Translations under genes and position numbers: made by a program | The notes under the pieces: model-generated | What the model was told of the DNA's origin: nothing | The model's database searches: none | What the model saw: only the letters and a program-made list of their open reading frames with translations | IMG/VR virus record: IMGVR_UViG_3300030099_006646 | Location: 64,001-128,000 of that record | DNA: 64,000 bases | Strand: one strand, 5' to 3' | From: a virus | Shown: one piece after another, positions 62,937 through 64,000 of the stretch | How positions within the stretch are numbered: position 1 is the first letter of the stretch | Layout: every line of letters begins with the position of its first letter

Positions 62937-64000
62937 ATGAAAAATTTATGTCGTGCGGATTTAATCCGCGAAGCTTTATTGCGTGGCGAGAACAGCGCCA
63001 CCCTAACTAACGATGGTGCACTGGTAGTCAACACTACCCCCCACACTGGACGTTCACCAGAAGCAAAGTTTATTGTCGAGGACGATATAACAAAAGACTT
63101 GGTAGATTGGAAAAACAACCAAAAAATGACCAAGCAAAATTTTGAGATCTTTAAAAAAGAATATAAAATCCCTAATGATCTCTTTGTTCAAGAAGTATAT
63201 GCAGGAGCAGACCCATCGCACCGTTTAAAGGTTCGCGTTCACACAAAGAACGCTTGGCACTCGGTCTTTGCACGAAACATGTTCTTTCTTCCTACAGAAG
63301 AGGAACTCCAAGGTTTCGAACCAGACTTTAATCTTTACTACATTCCCGGAAACACAACAGACCCACGAGTCATTATCTCTATGGAAGATAAGGAAATATA
63401 TATCTCGGGAACTTCTTATGCTGGAGAGATGAAGAAAAGCGTCTTTTCGGTGCTTAACTTCTTATTACCCCAAAAGGGTATACTGCCCATGCATTGCTCC
63501 GTAAATGTCACCAGAACTTCCATGAGTTCTACAGTGTTCTTTGGATTATCAGGGACCGGTAAGACAACCCTTTCTGCCGACATAGATAACTGGCTTGTGG
63601 GAGACGACGAACACGGCTGGTCTGATGAAGGAGTTTTTAATTTTGAGGGCGGCTGCTACGCAAAGACAATCAACTTATCCCAAGAAGACGAACCCCTCAT
63701 TCATCGCGCCTGCCACAAATTTGGGACTGTGCTTGAAAATGTAGTTACAAAAGACGGCACACCTGACTTTGAGGATTCTTCTATTGCTCAAAACAGCCGC
63801 GCTTCTTATCCGCTAGAGTTTGTAAAGAACACTTGGATGAACGCTAAAAGTGACCATCCTAAGAATGTTATTATGCTTACTTGTGATGCATATGGTATTT
63901 TACCTCCCGTCGCTCGCCTTAACACTCTAAATGCTGTAGAGCAATTCCTTTTAGGATATACAGCCAAGGTAGCAGGAACTGAGAAAGGAGTTAAAGAGCC
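62937..64000 (+). CDS. pckA: phosphoenolpyruvate carboxykinase (ATP), truncated by window end
   Basis: My translation: HTGRSPEAKFIV, GTSYAGEMKKSVF, LPMHCS, FFGLSGTGKTTLS, GDDEHGW, FNFEGGCYAK, NSRASYP. Confidence 0.93.
   Translation, partial: MKNLCRADLIREALLRGENSATLTNDGALVVNTTPHTGRSPEAKFIVEDDITKDLVDWKNNQKMTKQNFEIFKKEYKIPNDLFVQEVYAGADPSHRLKVRVHTKNAWHSVFARNMFFLPTEEELQGFEPDFNLYYIPGNTTDPRVIISMEDKEIYISGTSYAGEMKKSVFSVLNFLLPQKGILPMHCSVNVTRTSMSSTVFFGLSGTGKTTLSADIDNWLVGDDEHGWSDEGVFNFEGGCYAKTINLSQEDEPLIHRACHKFGTVLENVVTKDGTPDFEDSSIAQNSRASYPLEFVKNTWMNAKSDHPKNVIMLTCDAYGILPPVARLNTLNAVEQFLLGYTAKVAGTEKGVKE

Noticed and set aside
1-64000. Genome-wide stop-codon reassignment (prompted by the TGA at 1961)
   Set aside because: Long genes are intact in the standard code; TGA and TAG end genes at ATGA overlaps and proper boundaries
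1-64000. tRNA, rRNA, integrase or transposase genes
   Set aside because: Intergenic gaps are short and no cloverleaf/T-loop signatures or recombinase motifs were recognised by eye; a tRNAscan run would confirm

Overview
This is a 64 kb segment of a large T4-like (contractile-tailed) dsDNA bacteriophage genome. All credible genes are on the + strand and use the standard genetic code. In order, the window holds two tandem LamG virion paralogs, a fused SbcD-SbcC (gp47-gp46-like) nuclease, a holin/spanin-like cluster, terminase, portal, prohead protease, a phage bS21, two chaperone-bearing fibre genes, scaffold, major capsid, neck, sheath, tube, a frameshifted tail chaperone, tape measure and baseplate genes. 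A replication and metabolism block follows: mini PolA-family polymerase, tubulin/FtsZ-like protein, gp32-like SSB, FKBP PPIase, RecA, 5'-3' exonuclease, helicase, class II RNR, GroES-like protein, SLT lysin, CysK, DnaE, a Dam-like MTase plus PD-(D/E)xK nuclease, and a PEP carboxykinase cut by the window edge. Two promoter classes are visible: sigma70-like CTTGAA-N16/17-TATAAT before replication genes, and a recurrent CTATTTA element before virion genes. The best candidate for an undescribed system is a portable N-terminal tag (MKITKxRLKEIIKEEV-like, ending in I/L-x-E prohead-protease-type sites). It is fused to at least 5-6 otherwise unrelated proteins, two of them restriction-nuclease-like, and most sit behind the late element even inside the replication block. 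This suggests a modular capsid-cargo packaging and injection system. Other leads are a duplicated covarying RNA hairpin leader, a Cys-Cys leader peptide whose stop lies inside a terminator, a 7-Cys micropeptide, a +1/-2 frameshift, and a split Pol I-like set working alongside DnaE. All functional calls come from motif recognition by eye; no database searches were run.
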